DNA of 32,000 nucleotides. Source: Clostridium sp. Lineage in GTDB: Bacteria; Bacillota; Clostridia; Clostridiales; Clostridiaceae. The stretch is from positions 1-32,000 of the forward strand of contig NZ_JBOITL010000032.1 in assembly GCF_050717515.1 (NCBI RefSeq), in the 5' to 3' direction. Of this stretch, positions 1 through 7,452 are shown piece by piece (position 1 is the stretch's first letter; the number at the start of each line of letters is the position of its first letter). Position numbers and translations under genes: made by a program. The notes under the pieces were generated by a model that was not told where the DNA came from, ran no database searches, and saw only the letters and a list, made by a program, of their open reading frames with translations.

Positions 1-41
1 CCCATACCATCACTCTCCTAACTTGATGTATTAAGTATAAC

Positions 42-64
42 AAAAAAACCCTACAAAGTAGAGT
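42..64 (-). terminator. Putative rho-independent terminator (minus strand)
   Basis: The minus strand reads ACTCTAC-TTT-GTAGGGT (7-bp stem with one G-U) followed by T7. It lies downstream of the minus-strand GyrI-like remnant. Confidence 0.3.
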
Positions 65-167
65 CAGTTAGTTTTGAGTCAAGTATGGCTCTTTTTTTAA
101 ACTGTCTACCTTATAGGGTCCATTATAAAATTAATTTTCTTATGGCTTTTTATAGAGCAAAAAAGTA

Positions 168-308
168 TTATTTAATAGGTATAAATATGTCAAAATCTCC
201 ATTGCTCATAAATTTCTCATCATATAATTCTAGTTGAGGTCTACAATCTATTTCGTAACCTGAGGCTGGAACGAACTTTTCAAATATATCATTAAAAAAC
301 TCACCTAA
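168..308 (-). pseudogene. C-terminal remnant of a GyrI-like (AraC effector-binding type) domain protein
   Basis: The minus-strand frame reads DIKDLGEFFNDIFEKFVPASGYEIDCRPQLELYDEKFMSNGDFDIFIPIK*. It is bounded upstream by an in-frame TGA (309-311). The SGYE...ELY...IPIK ending is typical of GyrI-like domains. There is no start codon and no N-terminal part. Confidence 0.35.
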
Positions 309-381
309 ATCTTTTATATCTCATTTATAATATGCAAATCAGTGTGTATACGTTGGAATAATATTGCTTAGTAAAATTAAA

Positions 382-436
382 TCTTAAGAAATCTTAAGGT
401 TTAATTACAATTTTCTTAAGTTTATTTTTGTAATAT
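382..436 (+). promoter_or_regulatory. Promoter copy 1 of the VanR-type regulon (upstream of vanY-1)
   Basis: TCTTAAG at 382-388 and 392-398 (10-bp phasing) and at 414-420, then TAATAT at 431-436 preceded by TG. There is no good -35, consistent with activator dependence. The same block recurs at 5235-5289 and 8538-8592. Confidence 0.6.
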
Positions 437-602
437 AAGAGAGTAAGGAATATGCAGTTTACTACGAGCACTATATAAGAAGTTTTAAAAGATTTTGTAT
501 GAAATTCTGAGGGGTGAGAATAAAAATTGCTCCTCCACGATTGAGATACAGTGGGGCCGAGGGTATCTGAGCTTACTAAAAATAAATAAGGAGGAATTTA
601 AG

Positions 603-1307
603 GTGAAAAAGAAAATTACAATAATTTTGATTTTAGGTATTATAGGGCTAATGTATATAAATAGTAGATATGGCGGGCTAAAAGTAATAGGGGGTGTAAT
701 TGAAAGGAGCACTTATGTTGAAACTGTTAAAGATATGTCTAATGAAAATAGCAATGTAGATGATGGTAACTTAATATTAGTGAATAGGAGAAATGAACTA
801 GATAAAGATTATGTTCCCAAGCATTTAAAAGTTCCAAATATCAGATTTTATTCTACCGTGTCAAATGAAGAAATGCAGATGGAAGAGGTTGCAGGCGATG
901 CGCTTAAAAAATTATTTGAAAAAAGTGAACAGGAGGGTATTATACTTTATGGACTATCTGGTTATAGATCTTATGCAACTCAAAAGGACTTATATGAAAA
1001 TAGTATTAAAACAAACGGAAAAGGATATACAGATAATTATGTGGCAATGGCAGGTAAAAGTGAACATCAATCAGGACTTGCAATGGATATAACTAATTCT
1101 AAAAAAAGTACAGGCTTTGAATATACAAAAGAAGGTATATGGCTTAAAGATAATGCTTATAAATTTGGATTTATAATAAGATATGGAAAAGGTAAAGAAG
1201 AGGTTACAGGTTATAATTATGAACCTTGGCATGTAAGGTATGTGGGGACTGAGAATTCAAAAAAAATTTACTTGAAGGATATTACTTTAGAGGAATTTTT
1301 AAAATAA
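603..1307 (+). CDS. vanY: VanY-like D-alanyl-D-alanine carboxypeptidase (peptidase M15B), membrane-anchored, copy 1
   Basis: The ORF track gives 495-1307. The likely start is GTG 603, 7 nt after AGGAGG (590-595). It has an N-terminal TM anchor (KKKITIILILGIIGLMYI). Zn-peptidase motifs SGYRSY, SEHQSGLAMD and EPWHVRYVG are present. It appears about 85% identical to the 8696-9424 copy (rough by-eye estimate). Confidence 0.85.
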   Translation: MKKKITIILILGIIGLMYINSRYGGLKVIGGVIERSTYVETVKDMSNENSNVDDGNLILVNRRNELDKDYVPKHLKVPNIRFYSTVSNEEMQMEEVAGDALKKLFEKSEQEGIILYGLSGYRSYATQKDLYENSIKTNGKGYTDNYVAMAGKSEHQSGLAMDITNSKKSTGFEYTKEGIWLKDNAYKFGFIIRYGKGKEEVTGYNYEPWHVRYVGTENSKKIYLKDITLEEFLK

Positions 1308-1313
1308 TCTATT

Positions 1314-1376
1314 AGATATGGGGAATGTGTAAAAATCTGTCCTACAAAGGCTATAAAAAAAGGATTTAAAATCTAG
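1314..1376 (+). pseudogene. 3'-end remnant of a paralogue of the 4Fe-4S membrane protein gene (compare 16137-16199)
   Basis: Reads RYGECVKICPTKAIKKGFKI*, versus RCGECVTACPTKAIKKGFRR* at the end of the 15369-16199 gene. The core CCTACAAAGGCTATAAAAAAAGGATTT is identical at the nucleotide level. A cluster-ligand Cys is replaced by Tyr and there is no upstream coding part. Confidence 0.6.
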
Positions 1377-1386
1377 GGTCTTAACT

Positions 1387-1647
1387 GTAGTATATAATAA
1401 GATTATTACTTTAACCTCTACAGAATTTGAAATGTTACACGTATTAGCTAATAATACAGGAAGAGTTTTTAGTGCAGAAGAAATATTTCAAAGAGTTTGG
1501 AAAGAAAAATATTATCAATCAAACAATACAGTTATGACTCACATGAGTAAACTAAGGGAAAAGCTTGATGCGGTTTTAGAGGGTGAGAAACTTATTCATA
1601 CTATATGGGGAGTAGGGTATAAAATTGAAAAGAAAACTTATATATAA
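1387..1647 (+). pseudogene. vanR: 5'-truncated vanR (response regulator) remnant: only the C-terminal part of the winged-helix domain remains
   Basis: VVYNKIITLTSTEFEMLHVLANN...HTIWGVGYKIEKKTYI matches residues about 151-236 of the intact regulator at 9641-10351. The whole receiver domain is missing, and homology starts abruptly at about 1387. Confidence 0.85.
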
Positions 1648-2728
1648 ATTAGAGTTAAAAATAGTTTTTAATATATTGATTACTTTCATATTATCAACAT
1701 TAACAATGGCAGTAATTTATATTATGTGGAAGTTTTTTTTGGCAATAGGTGCAAGCTATTTACAACAATTTTTAGATAAAATTTATATGGCAAGGCAATA
1801 TGTGGATTTTACAAAGATAATAATTGCACTATGGATAATTATTTTTATAAGTTATTCTCATTTATTCATTTACAAGAAGCTAAAGTACTTTGTAGAAGTT
1901 GATGAACATATGAAAGCTATAGCCGCGGGTAGGATAGATAAAAAAATACCAGAACAATCGAAAGCAGAGCTTCGGAAAATAGCTAAAAATATGAATGAAA
2001 TAATAAATAAATTAAATAAATCAATAGAAGAAGAGCGGAGAGCAGAACAAACAAAATATGAATTAATAACAAATGTATCTCATGATTTACGCACTCCATT
2101 AACCTCAATATTAGGGTATCTTGAACTCATAGATAATGATAAATATAAAGATGAAGTTGAACTTAGATATTATGTAAATATTGCCTATGAAAAATCAAAA
2201 CGATTGAATAATTTAATCAATGATTTATTTCAGTATACTATAATGAGAAATAGTACTTTAAGATTAAATAAAGAATTAATAAATGTAATTGAACTTTTAA
2301 ATCAACTGGTATTGGAATTTAGGCCACAGTTTAGAAAAGTAGATATAGAGTGTAGGACATATTTTTCGGAGGATAAACTCTTAATAATGGCTGATGCAGT
2401 TAAAATGGCTAGGGCATTTGAAAATCTAATTTCTAATGGTATGAACTATGGTAGTGGGACTGAGTATATTGACATATGTACTAGGAAAGAAAATAATAGT
2501 GCGATTATAGAGATAATTAATTATGGTGAGCCAATACCAAGTATAGATATACCTTTTATTTTTGAAAGGTTCTATAGAGTTGAAAAATCACGTTCAGGAT
2601 TTACTGGAGGTTCAGGATTAGGTCTTGCTATAACCAAAAGTATAATAGAGCTTCATGAAGGTGAAATTTTTGTTGAAAGCAATTATGAGAGAACTGCTTT
2701 TATAATTAAATTGCCCTTGGGTATTTAA
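1625..2728 (+). CDS. vanS: VanS-like sensor histidine kinase, copy 1 (no intact cognate regulator next to it)
   Basis: TTG start overlaps the vanR remnant. It has two N-terminal TM helices with a short loop and a HAMP-like linker. H-box NVSHDLRTPLTSILGY and ATPase motifs NLISNGMNYG and GGSGLGLAITKSIIELHEGEI are present. The C-terminal region resembles Tn1546 VanS (FEKFYR...GGAGLGLAI). Confidence 0.85.
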   Translation: MKRKLIYKLELKIVFNILITFILSTLTMAVIYIMWKFFLAIGASYLQQFLDKIYMARQYVDFTKIIIALWIIIFISYSHLFIYKKLKYFVEVDEHMKAIAAGRIDKKIPEQSKAELRKIAKNMNEIINKLNKSIEEERRAEQTKYELITNVSHDLRTPLTSILGYLELIDNDKYKDEVELRYYVNIAYEKSKRLNNLINDLFQYTIMRNSTLRLNKELINVIELLNQLVLEFRPQFRKVDIECRTYFSEDKLLIMADAVKMARAFENLISNGMNYGSGTEYIDICTRKENNSAIIEIINYGEPIPSIDIPFIFERFYRVEKSRSGFTGGSGLGLAITKSIIELHEGEIFVESNYERTAFIIKLPLGI

Positions 2729-2826
2729 TACAGTTTGAAAATATAGATCTAGATGTATGTTAATATGGTAATATAATTTGGATAGATAAAAATATGCCAA
2801 GTTGGATAAATAATATATTAAATGAG

Positions 2827-2865
2827 TAGCTAGTAAAACTTATTGTATTTACTAGCTATTTTTTT
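2827..2865 (+). terminator. Rho-independent terminator after vanS-1
   Basis: TAGCTAGTAAA (2827-2837) pairs with TTTACTAGCTA (2848-2858), followed by T7. Confidence 0.7.
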
Positions 2866-2913
2866 ATGTCCATTAGGCTAAAACTATTTACTGGTTTTAC
2901 CAAGTCACAGTTA

Positions 2914-2939
2914 CATTGGTGGGTCACATTGGTGGGTCA
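2914..2939. repeat. Perfect tandem duplication of a 13-bp unit, CATTGGTGGGTCA x2
   Basis: 2914-2926 and 2927-2939 are identical. The pair forms a locally GC-rich island in an AT-rich intergenic region upstream of the DUF218 gene. Confidence 0.9.
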
Positions 2940-3051
2940 AGCTTTAAATAATTAAACAAAAGAGTATATTTTAAAAGGTTAGTTTATGATATTCTTGTAG
3001 AAGATATTAATAAATATATAAACTAAGATTGAAGAAAGGAGGCCTTGTAAT

Positions 3052-4101
3052 ATGGAAGCAATAATTATTATAATGACTACAATAGTTACATTAATTGTAT
3101 TTTTAGCATCATTTTTAATAGATAAAAGAAGACTTATAAATGGTTTTTTATTTAATATATTTTTAATGTCACTATTTATGGCTACAACATATTGTGCATT
3201 CAAAACACAAAATCGTATTTTGATTGGTTTTGTACTTATTATATTTATCATATTAGCAATAGTACTATTCTTTGCCGTTTATGCACTGATAATTGCATTA
3301 CTAATTAATTCAAAAATTGTTATAAAGAAAGAAGGACGAAGTATTTCTAATTTGCTAACATTATTTTTAGCAATAGGCTTGATAGGTATATTAATATGGT
3401 CAGCTATTAAGCCAGAAAGATTTTTGCCAGATGAGGCAAATGCGATATTAAGTTGTATTTACTTAATAGGGGTCTACTATTGCATTGATGTATTTAATTT
3501 TTTGGTAGCATCTTTAATTTATCAATTTAATAAACCTAAGTTAAATCAAGAGTTTGTTATTGTATTGGGATGTGGATTAAATAAAGATAAAGTTACACCT
3601 CTACTTGCTAGTCGTATAAACAAAGGAATTGAATTTTACAAAAATCAAGCACAAGTAACTACACCTCCAAAAATAATTTTTTCAGGAGGTAAGGGTAATG
3701 ATGAGGAAATATCAGAAGCACTAGCTATGTGTAGATATGCAATTTCTAATGGAGTTCCAGAGGAAGATTGTATTATGGAGGATAAATCAGTAAATACATT
3801 GCAAAACATGAGATTTTCCAATAAGATTATGGAAAAAATAAAAGGCAGTAGTGAATATAATAGTATATTTATTACTAATAATTTTCATCTATTTAGAGCA
3901 GGAATTTATGCTAAAAAGGCAAAATTGAAATCTCAAGGAATAGGTTCCAAGACAGCAATGTTCTTCATTCCAAATGCATTAATTAGGGAATATATCGCAA
4001 TAGCAGTTATGTATAAAAAAAGACATATAATTGTAGTAAGTATTCTTTTAGCAATAGGTATTGTACTAGCCTTTGTTGAACATTTTGCTATAGTAGGTTA
4101 A
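3052..4101 (+). CDS. Polytopic membrane protein with C-terminal DUF218 (YdcF/ElyC/SanA family) domain
   Basis: RBS GGAGG lies 9 nt upstream of the ATG. About 6 predicted TM helices are followed by VIVLGCGL...LLASRINKGIEFY...IIFSGGKGNDEEISEALAM...SVNTLQNM...ITNNFHLFRA, the DUF218 signature. Confidence 0.7.
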   Translation: MEAIIIIMTTIVTLIVFLASFLIDKRRLINGFLFNIFLMSLFMATTYCAFKTQNRILIGFVLIIFIILAIVLFFAVYALIIALLINSKIVIKKEGRSISNLLTLFLAIGLIGILIWSAIKPERFLPDEANAILSCIYLIGVYYCIDVFNFLVASLIYQFNKPKLNQEFVIVLGCGLNKDKVTPLLASRINKGIEFYKNQAQVTTPPKIIFSGGKGNDEEISEALAMCRYAISNGVPEEDCIMEDKSVNTLQNMRFSNKIMEKIKGSSEYNSIFITNNFHLFRAGIYAKKAKLKSQGIGSKTAMFFIPNALIREYIAIAVMYKKRHIIVVSILLAIGIVLAFVEHFAIVG

Positions 4102-4118
4102 ATACATATAAAATAACA

Positions 4119-4271
4119 TTTCGTTGCGATTTCCCAGAAGGTTATAATGTGGACAATTACAAATTCTTTCAGGACACGCCAACAATGGTTCTAAAAGATA
4201 ATGACATCATTGATATAGGAGGACGTTCTATTCAAGTGCTGCATACGCCTGGTCATTCACCGGGATACTAA
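4119..4271 (+). pseudogene. Internal fragment of an MBL-fold metallo-hydrolase
   Basis: Reads FRCDFPEGYNVDNYKFFQDTPTMVLKDNDIIDIGGRSIQVLHTPGHSPGY*. HTPGHSPG is the MBL-fold motif 3 context. There is no start, a premature stop, and a possible out-of-frame continuation (GSGTFDYKD) to about 4330. It is locally GC-richer than its surroundings. Confidence 0.55.
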
Positions 4272-4476
4272 ATTGCAGCACGGCAGTGGCACTTTTGACT
4301 ACAAAGATTTTGCTATCTGGATATAATTATGTTGACACGCTTTTGACTGCTATGAATAATATGCTACGGCATAGTTGCCGTAACCCCTATTTAGTTGTAG
4401 TTATATTTTATAGTCTCCTTATAGAATCACATTTAATAATTGGTTCAAAATAGTATCATTGTGTTAATTACTGCAC

Positions 4477-4620
4477 TTACAAGTGCACAGGCACTAAATA
4501 TAATTGCTGCCATGCCCATTTGTTTTTTTCACGTTTATGCTTACTTACAAGCAGTCCAATGATACCTACACATAATATTACAAGTGCCAATATACTTCCT
4601 TCAATAAACCCTACTTCCAT
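4477..4620 (-). CDS. Hypothetical small membrane protein (47 aa), below the ORF-track cutoff
   Basis: The minus strand has AAAGGAGAGAGA followed 7 nt later by ATG. It reads MEVGFIEGSILALVILCVGIIGLLVSKHKREKNKWAWQQLYLVPVHL*, with one clear TM helix. No homology is recognised. Confidence 0.25.
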   Translation of the reverse strand: MEVGFIEGSILALVILCVGIIGLLVSKHKREKNKWAWQQLYLVPVHL

Positions 4621-4654
4621 TAATCTATCTCTCTCCTTTTATTCTAAATCCCTC

Positions 4655-5095
4655 TTATTTACATCCTTCCATATCTGAATAAAGGTCCACTGTTTTTTGT
4701 ATCAATAGATCACTCACTATATCAACACCTAGTTGTTTCATCATTTGCTGTAAAAATTTCAACCTATTAACTGTTTCCGAAAGATTACGCTCAAAAAGAA
4801 TAGGATTAATCCATACATTTAAAAGAATCATAAAAACTTCTGCACATTCACTAGGATAGTCTGTTGTAATAGATCCATCTGCTTTCCCTTGCAAAATGAT
4901 CTTAGCAATTTTAGGAGCATCCTTAATAATACAATCCTTAATGCCTGTTACTACAAACTGTGGGTTTTTAACTTGTGAAGTTAGGACATTATTCATAGAC
5001 TGTATATTATTATCTGATAAAATAAAGTCTAATATATTTACAAGTTTTTCTCTGGCATTATTTTCCTGTATGTTTATTAGTAAACCATTAAACAT
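4655..5095 (-). pseudogene. TetR/AcrR-like regulator lacking its N-terminal HTH domain (5'-truncated)
   Basis: The 146-aa ORF has a TetR C-terminal-domain-like helical pattern (KIILQGKADGSITTDYPSECAEVFMILLNVWINP). An in-frame stop lies 21 nt upstream of the first Met, and no HTH is encoded before the repeat boundary at 5154. Confidence 0.45.
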
Positions 5096-5153
5096 TTGAG
5101 TAGTATAATCAGACCTTTACCGCAAAGTGTAAATTTACAACGTTAGTACGCCG

Positions 5154-5367
5154 AGCAAAGGTCAACAGGTAAACGGTTTTTAATAGAAATATCAGCTAAA
5201 CCATTTTGAAAAATTGATAAATTTTAAATTGTAATCTTAAGAAATCTTAAGGTTTAATTACAATTTTCTTAAACTTATTTTTGTAATATAAGAGAGTAAG
5301 GAATATGCATTTTACTTTATTGAAAAATTTTCAAATAAAAAAAATGTGTTATTTACTTAGATTTAAG
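5154..5367 (+). repeat. Left direct repeat (214 nt) carrying promoter copy 2
   Basis: Aligns by eye at about 90% identity with 8456-8665, from AGCAAAGGTCAACAGG to ATTTAAG. Confidence 0.85.
5235..5289 (+). promoter_or_regulatory. Promoter copy 2 of the VanR-type regulon (upstream of vanH)
   Basis: TCTTAAG at 5235-5241 and 5245-5251, TCTTAAA at 5267-5273, TAATAT at 5284-5289. The spacing is identical to copies 1 and 3. Confidence 0.6.
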
Positions 5368-5450
5368 AAAATATTTTACTTCTACGTTAATTTGAAATAG
5401 TATGCGATAAAAGCAAAGAAAAATGTAATATGAAAGGAGAAATCTAAATC

Positions 5451-6410
5451 ATGGCAAAAATAAAAATTACAATTTATGGATGCACACAGGACGAGGCCGT
5501 TTTGTTCCGAGAAATAGCGCCTCGCTTTGGAATTATGCCAACTATCACAGATGCAGTGGTATCTGAAGCTAATATTAAACTGGCATTTGGAAATCGATGC
5601 ATCAGCGTTGGTCATAAAACTCAAATCACAAATTCCATTCTTCTTGCGCTCAGCCAAGCTGGTGTAAGATATATCTCTACAAGAAGTATTGGATATAACC
5701 ATATTAATGTAAAATACGCAAAGAGCGTTGGCATTTCCATTGAAAATGTCACTTATTCGCCTGATAGCGTGGCTGATTACACATTAATGCTCATGCTGAT
5801 GGCGGTACGAAATACAAAATCCATTATTAGCCGTGCAGATATTTATGATTTCAGATTGAATGATGTACGCGGGAAAGAATTACGTGATATGACCATTGGC
5901 GTAATTGGAACAGGACGCATTGGCGCTGCGGTTATTGAAAGGCTGAGGGGCTTTGGCTGCAATATATTAGCCTATGACCATCGGTCCATATCCTCTGATG
6001 ATTACGTTCCTCTTAATGAATTGTTACAGCAGAGCGATATTATAACGCTCCATACACCACTTAAAGAGGATACAAACCATCTTATTAATCGTCAACGTAT
6101 CGAGCAGATGAAGCACGGCGCGTTTATTATCAATACTGGACGCGGTTCACTTATCGATACCGAGGCTCTTATTTCAGCGTTGGAAAGTGGTAAACTAGGC
6201 GGTGCGGCATTGGATGTACTCGAAGGAGAGGAAGGAATATTCTACTTTGACTACAGAAAAAAAACCATTGAAAACAAACTGCTGTTGCGGTTACATAAAC
6301 TAACGAATGTGATTATTACTCCGCACACCGCCTATTACACAGAACACGCCTTGAAAGATACCGTTGAAAATACTATTATCAATTGCTTGAAATTTGAAAG
6401 GAGAGAGTAG
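5451..6410 (+). CDS. vanH: VanH, D-specific 2-hydroxyacid (pyruvate to D-lactate) dehydrogenase
   Basis: Full-length by-eye match to Tn1546 VanH (YGC.QDEA, CISVGHK, YISTRSIG.NHI, YSPDSVADYT, GTG.IG.AVIERLRGFGC, GKLGGAALDVLEGEE, NVIITPHTAYYTE, FERR). GC is clearly above that of the flanks. Confidence 0.92.
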   Translation: MAKIKITIYGCTQDEAVLFREIAPRFGIMPTITDAVVSEANIKLAFGNRCISVGHKTQITNSILLALSQAGVRYISTRSIGYNHINVKYAKSVGISIENVTYSPDSVADYTLMLMLMAVRNTKSIISRADIYDFRLNDVRGKELRDMTIGVIGTGRIGAAVIERLRGFGCNILAYDHRSISSDDYVPLNELLQQSDIITLHTPLKEDTNHLINRQRIEQMKHGAFIINTGRGSLIDTEALISALESGKLGGAALDVLEGEEGIFYFDYRKKTIENKLLLRLHKLTNVIITPHTAYYTEHALKDTVENTIINCLKFERRE

Positions 6411-6411
6411 C

Positions 6412-7452
6412 ATGGATAGGTTAAAAATCGCAATTATATTTGGGGGTTGTTCCGAGGAACATCCTATCTCCGTTAAATCAGCACAAGAGGTCGCAAAAAA
6501 CCTTGATATGGAAAAGTATGAACCGTTCTATATCGGGATTACGAAAAATGGCGTTTGGAAGCTTTGTCACTGCCCTGACGCAAATTGGGAAAATGGAAGT
6601 TGCTGTCCGGCTATACTGTCACCGGACAGAAGCGTACACGGATTGCTTGTTCTGGAGCAGGGACAATACAAAACAATTCGTTTGGATATGGTGTTTCCCG
6701 TCCTGCATGGCAAACTTGGCGAGGATGGTGCGATGCAAGGTTTGTTGGAGCTTTCCGGCATCCCCTATGTAGGCTGCGATGTCCAAAGTTCTGCTCTGTG
6801 TATGGACAAATCCCTTGCTTTTATTGTCGCTAGAAACGCGGAAGTTGCTACGCCAAATTTCTGGACTGTCATGGCCAACGAGAATATTGATGCCGACCAG
6901 CTTACTTATCCCGTTTTTGTAAAGCCGGCCCGTTCAGGTTCATCTTTCGGCATCACTAAGGTATGTCGAAAAGAAGAATTGCTGAGTGCGATGGAAACCG
7001 CAAGACAGTATGACTCGAAGGTGTTGATTGAAGAGGCTATCGTCGGCAGCGAGGTAGGATGTGCGATATTAGGGAACGATATGGATTTGATTGTAGGCGA
7101 GGTAGATCAAATTTGTCTATCTCATGGTTTTTTCAAAATCCATCAGGAGAATAAGCCTGAAAACGGTTCTGAAAACTCAACAGTAATAGTTCCTGCTGAC
7201 ATTTCGTCAGAGGCGCGCTTGCTTGTTCAGGAGACAGCAAAAACCGTATATCGCGCTTTGGGATGCAGGGGACTTTCGCGGGTAGATATGTTCCTTACGG
7301 AAGATGGAAAAGTAATACTTAACGAGGTTAATACTTTGCCTGGTATGACCTCATACAGCCGTTATCCGAGAATGATGGTGGCCGCAGGTTTGCCGTTTGC
7401 CGAAGTGATCGACCGGATTATATCGTTGACAGTGAAAGGAGAAAGGCGATGA
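6412..7452 (+). CDS. VanA/B/D-class D-alanine--(R)-lactate ligase (subtype not assignable by eye)
   Basis: Start ATG 6412 lies 7 nt after AGGAGAG. IIFGGCSEEH, YIGITKNGVWK, HGK.GEDGA.QGL.ELSGIPYVGCD.QSSA.CMDKSL, YPVFVKPARSGSSFG, EVGCAILGN, GEVDQI..SHGFFKIHQE..PE.GSEN and LNEVNTLPG.TSYSRYPRMM are present. The His in KIHQE is the depsipeptide-ligase signature. Several segments (GSEVGCAILGN, HGFFKIHQE) look closest to VanD. Confidence 0.9.
   Translation: MDRLKIAIIFGGCSEEHPISVKSAQEVAKNLDMEKYEPFYIGITKNGVWKLCHCPDANWENGSCCPAILSPDRSVHGLLVLEQGQYKTIRLDMVFPVLHGKLGEDGAMQGLLELSGIPYVGCDVQSSALCMDKSLAFIVARNAEVATPNFWTVMANENIDADQLTYPVFVKPARSGSSFGITKVCRKEELLSAMETARQYDSKVLIEEAIVGSEVGCAILGNDMDLIVGEVDQICLSHGFFKIHQENKPENGSENSTVIVPADISSEARLLVQETAKTVYRALGCRGLSRVDMFLTEDGKVILNEVNTLPGMTSYSRYPRMMVAAGLPFAEVIDRIISLTVKGERR

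Noticed and set aside
1-10. GGAGAGTGATGGTATGGG on the minus strand looks like an RBS plus ATG of a gene leaving the window to the left
   Set aside because: Only three codons are inside the window, so nothing can be supported.
495-602. 5' extension of the vanY-1 ORF (MYEILRGENK...) given by the ORF track, and likewise 8645-8695 for vanY-2
   Set aside because: The extension has no RBS and differs completely between the two copies. The AGGAGG-N7-GTG start and the downstream sequence are conserved in both. The copy-1 leader has an extra ~125 nt (about 458-585) relative to copy 3, which I could not assign to any function.
485-712. Minus-strand 75-aa ORF, and its twin at 8578-8760, across the vanY promoters and 5' ends
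   Set aside because: They are antisense to promoter, RBS and signal-anchor sequence. The hydrophobic, low-complexity products arise from reading AT-rich DNA. There is no RBS, and their duplication merely mirrors the duplicated vanY region.
2979-3251. 90-aa minus-strand ORF overlapping the start of the DUF218 gene, and the 2618-2800 minus ORF overlapping the vanS-1 end
   Set aside because: They are antisense to supported genes and to a terminator. They are poly-Ile/Asn low-complexity sequences without translation signals.
5305-5400. Possible leader peptide starting MHFTLLKNFQ downstream of promoter copies 2 and 3 (also 8608-8658), as an attenuation device
   Set aside because: The ATG lies only about 8-10 nt from the predicted transcription start and has no usable RBS. 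The peptides have different lengths and ends (31, 16 and 8 codons in the three copies). The shared N-terminus is explained by nucleotide identity of the repeat.
6257-6264. A8 run inside vanH as a phase-variation tract
   Set aside because: Eight A residues is short for efficient slippage, and the run encodes a lysine pair in a variable region of VanH. I have no comparative evidence, so I kept only the A9 in vanS-2 as a low-interest note.
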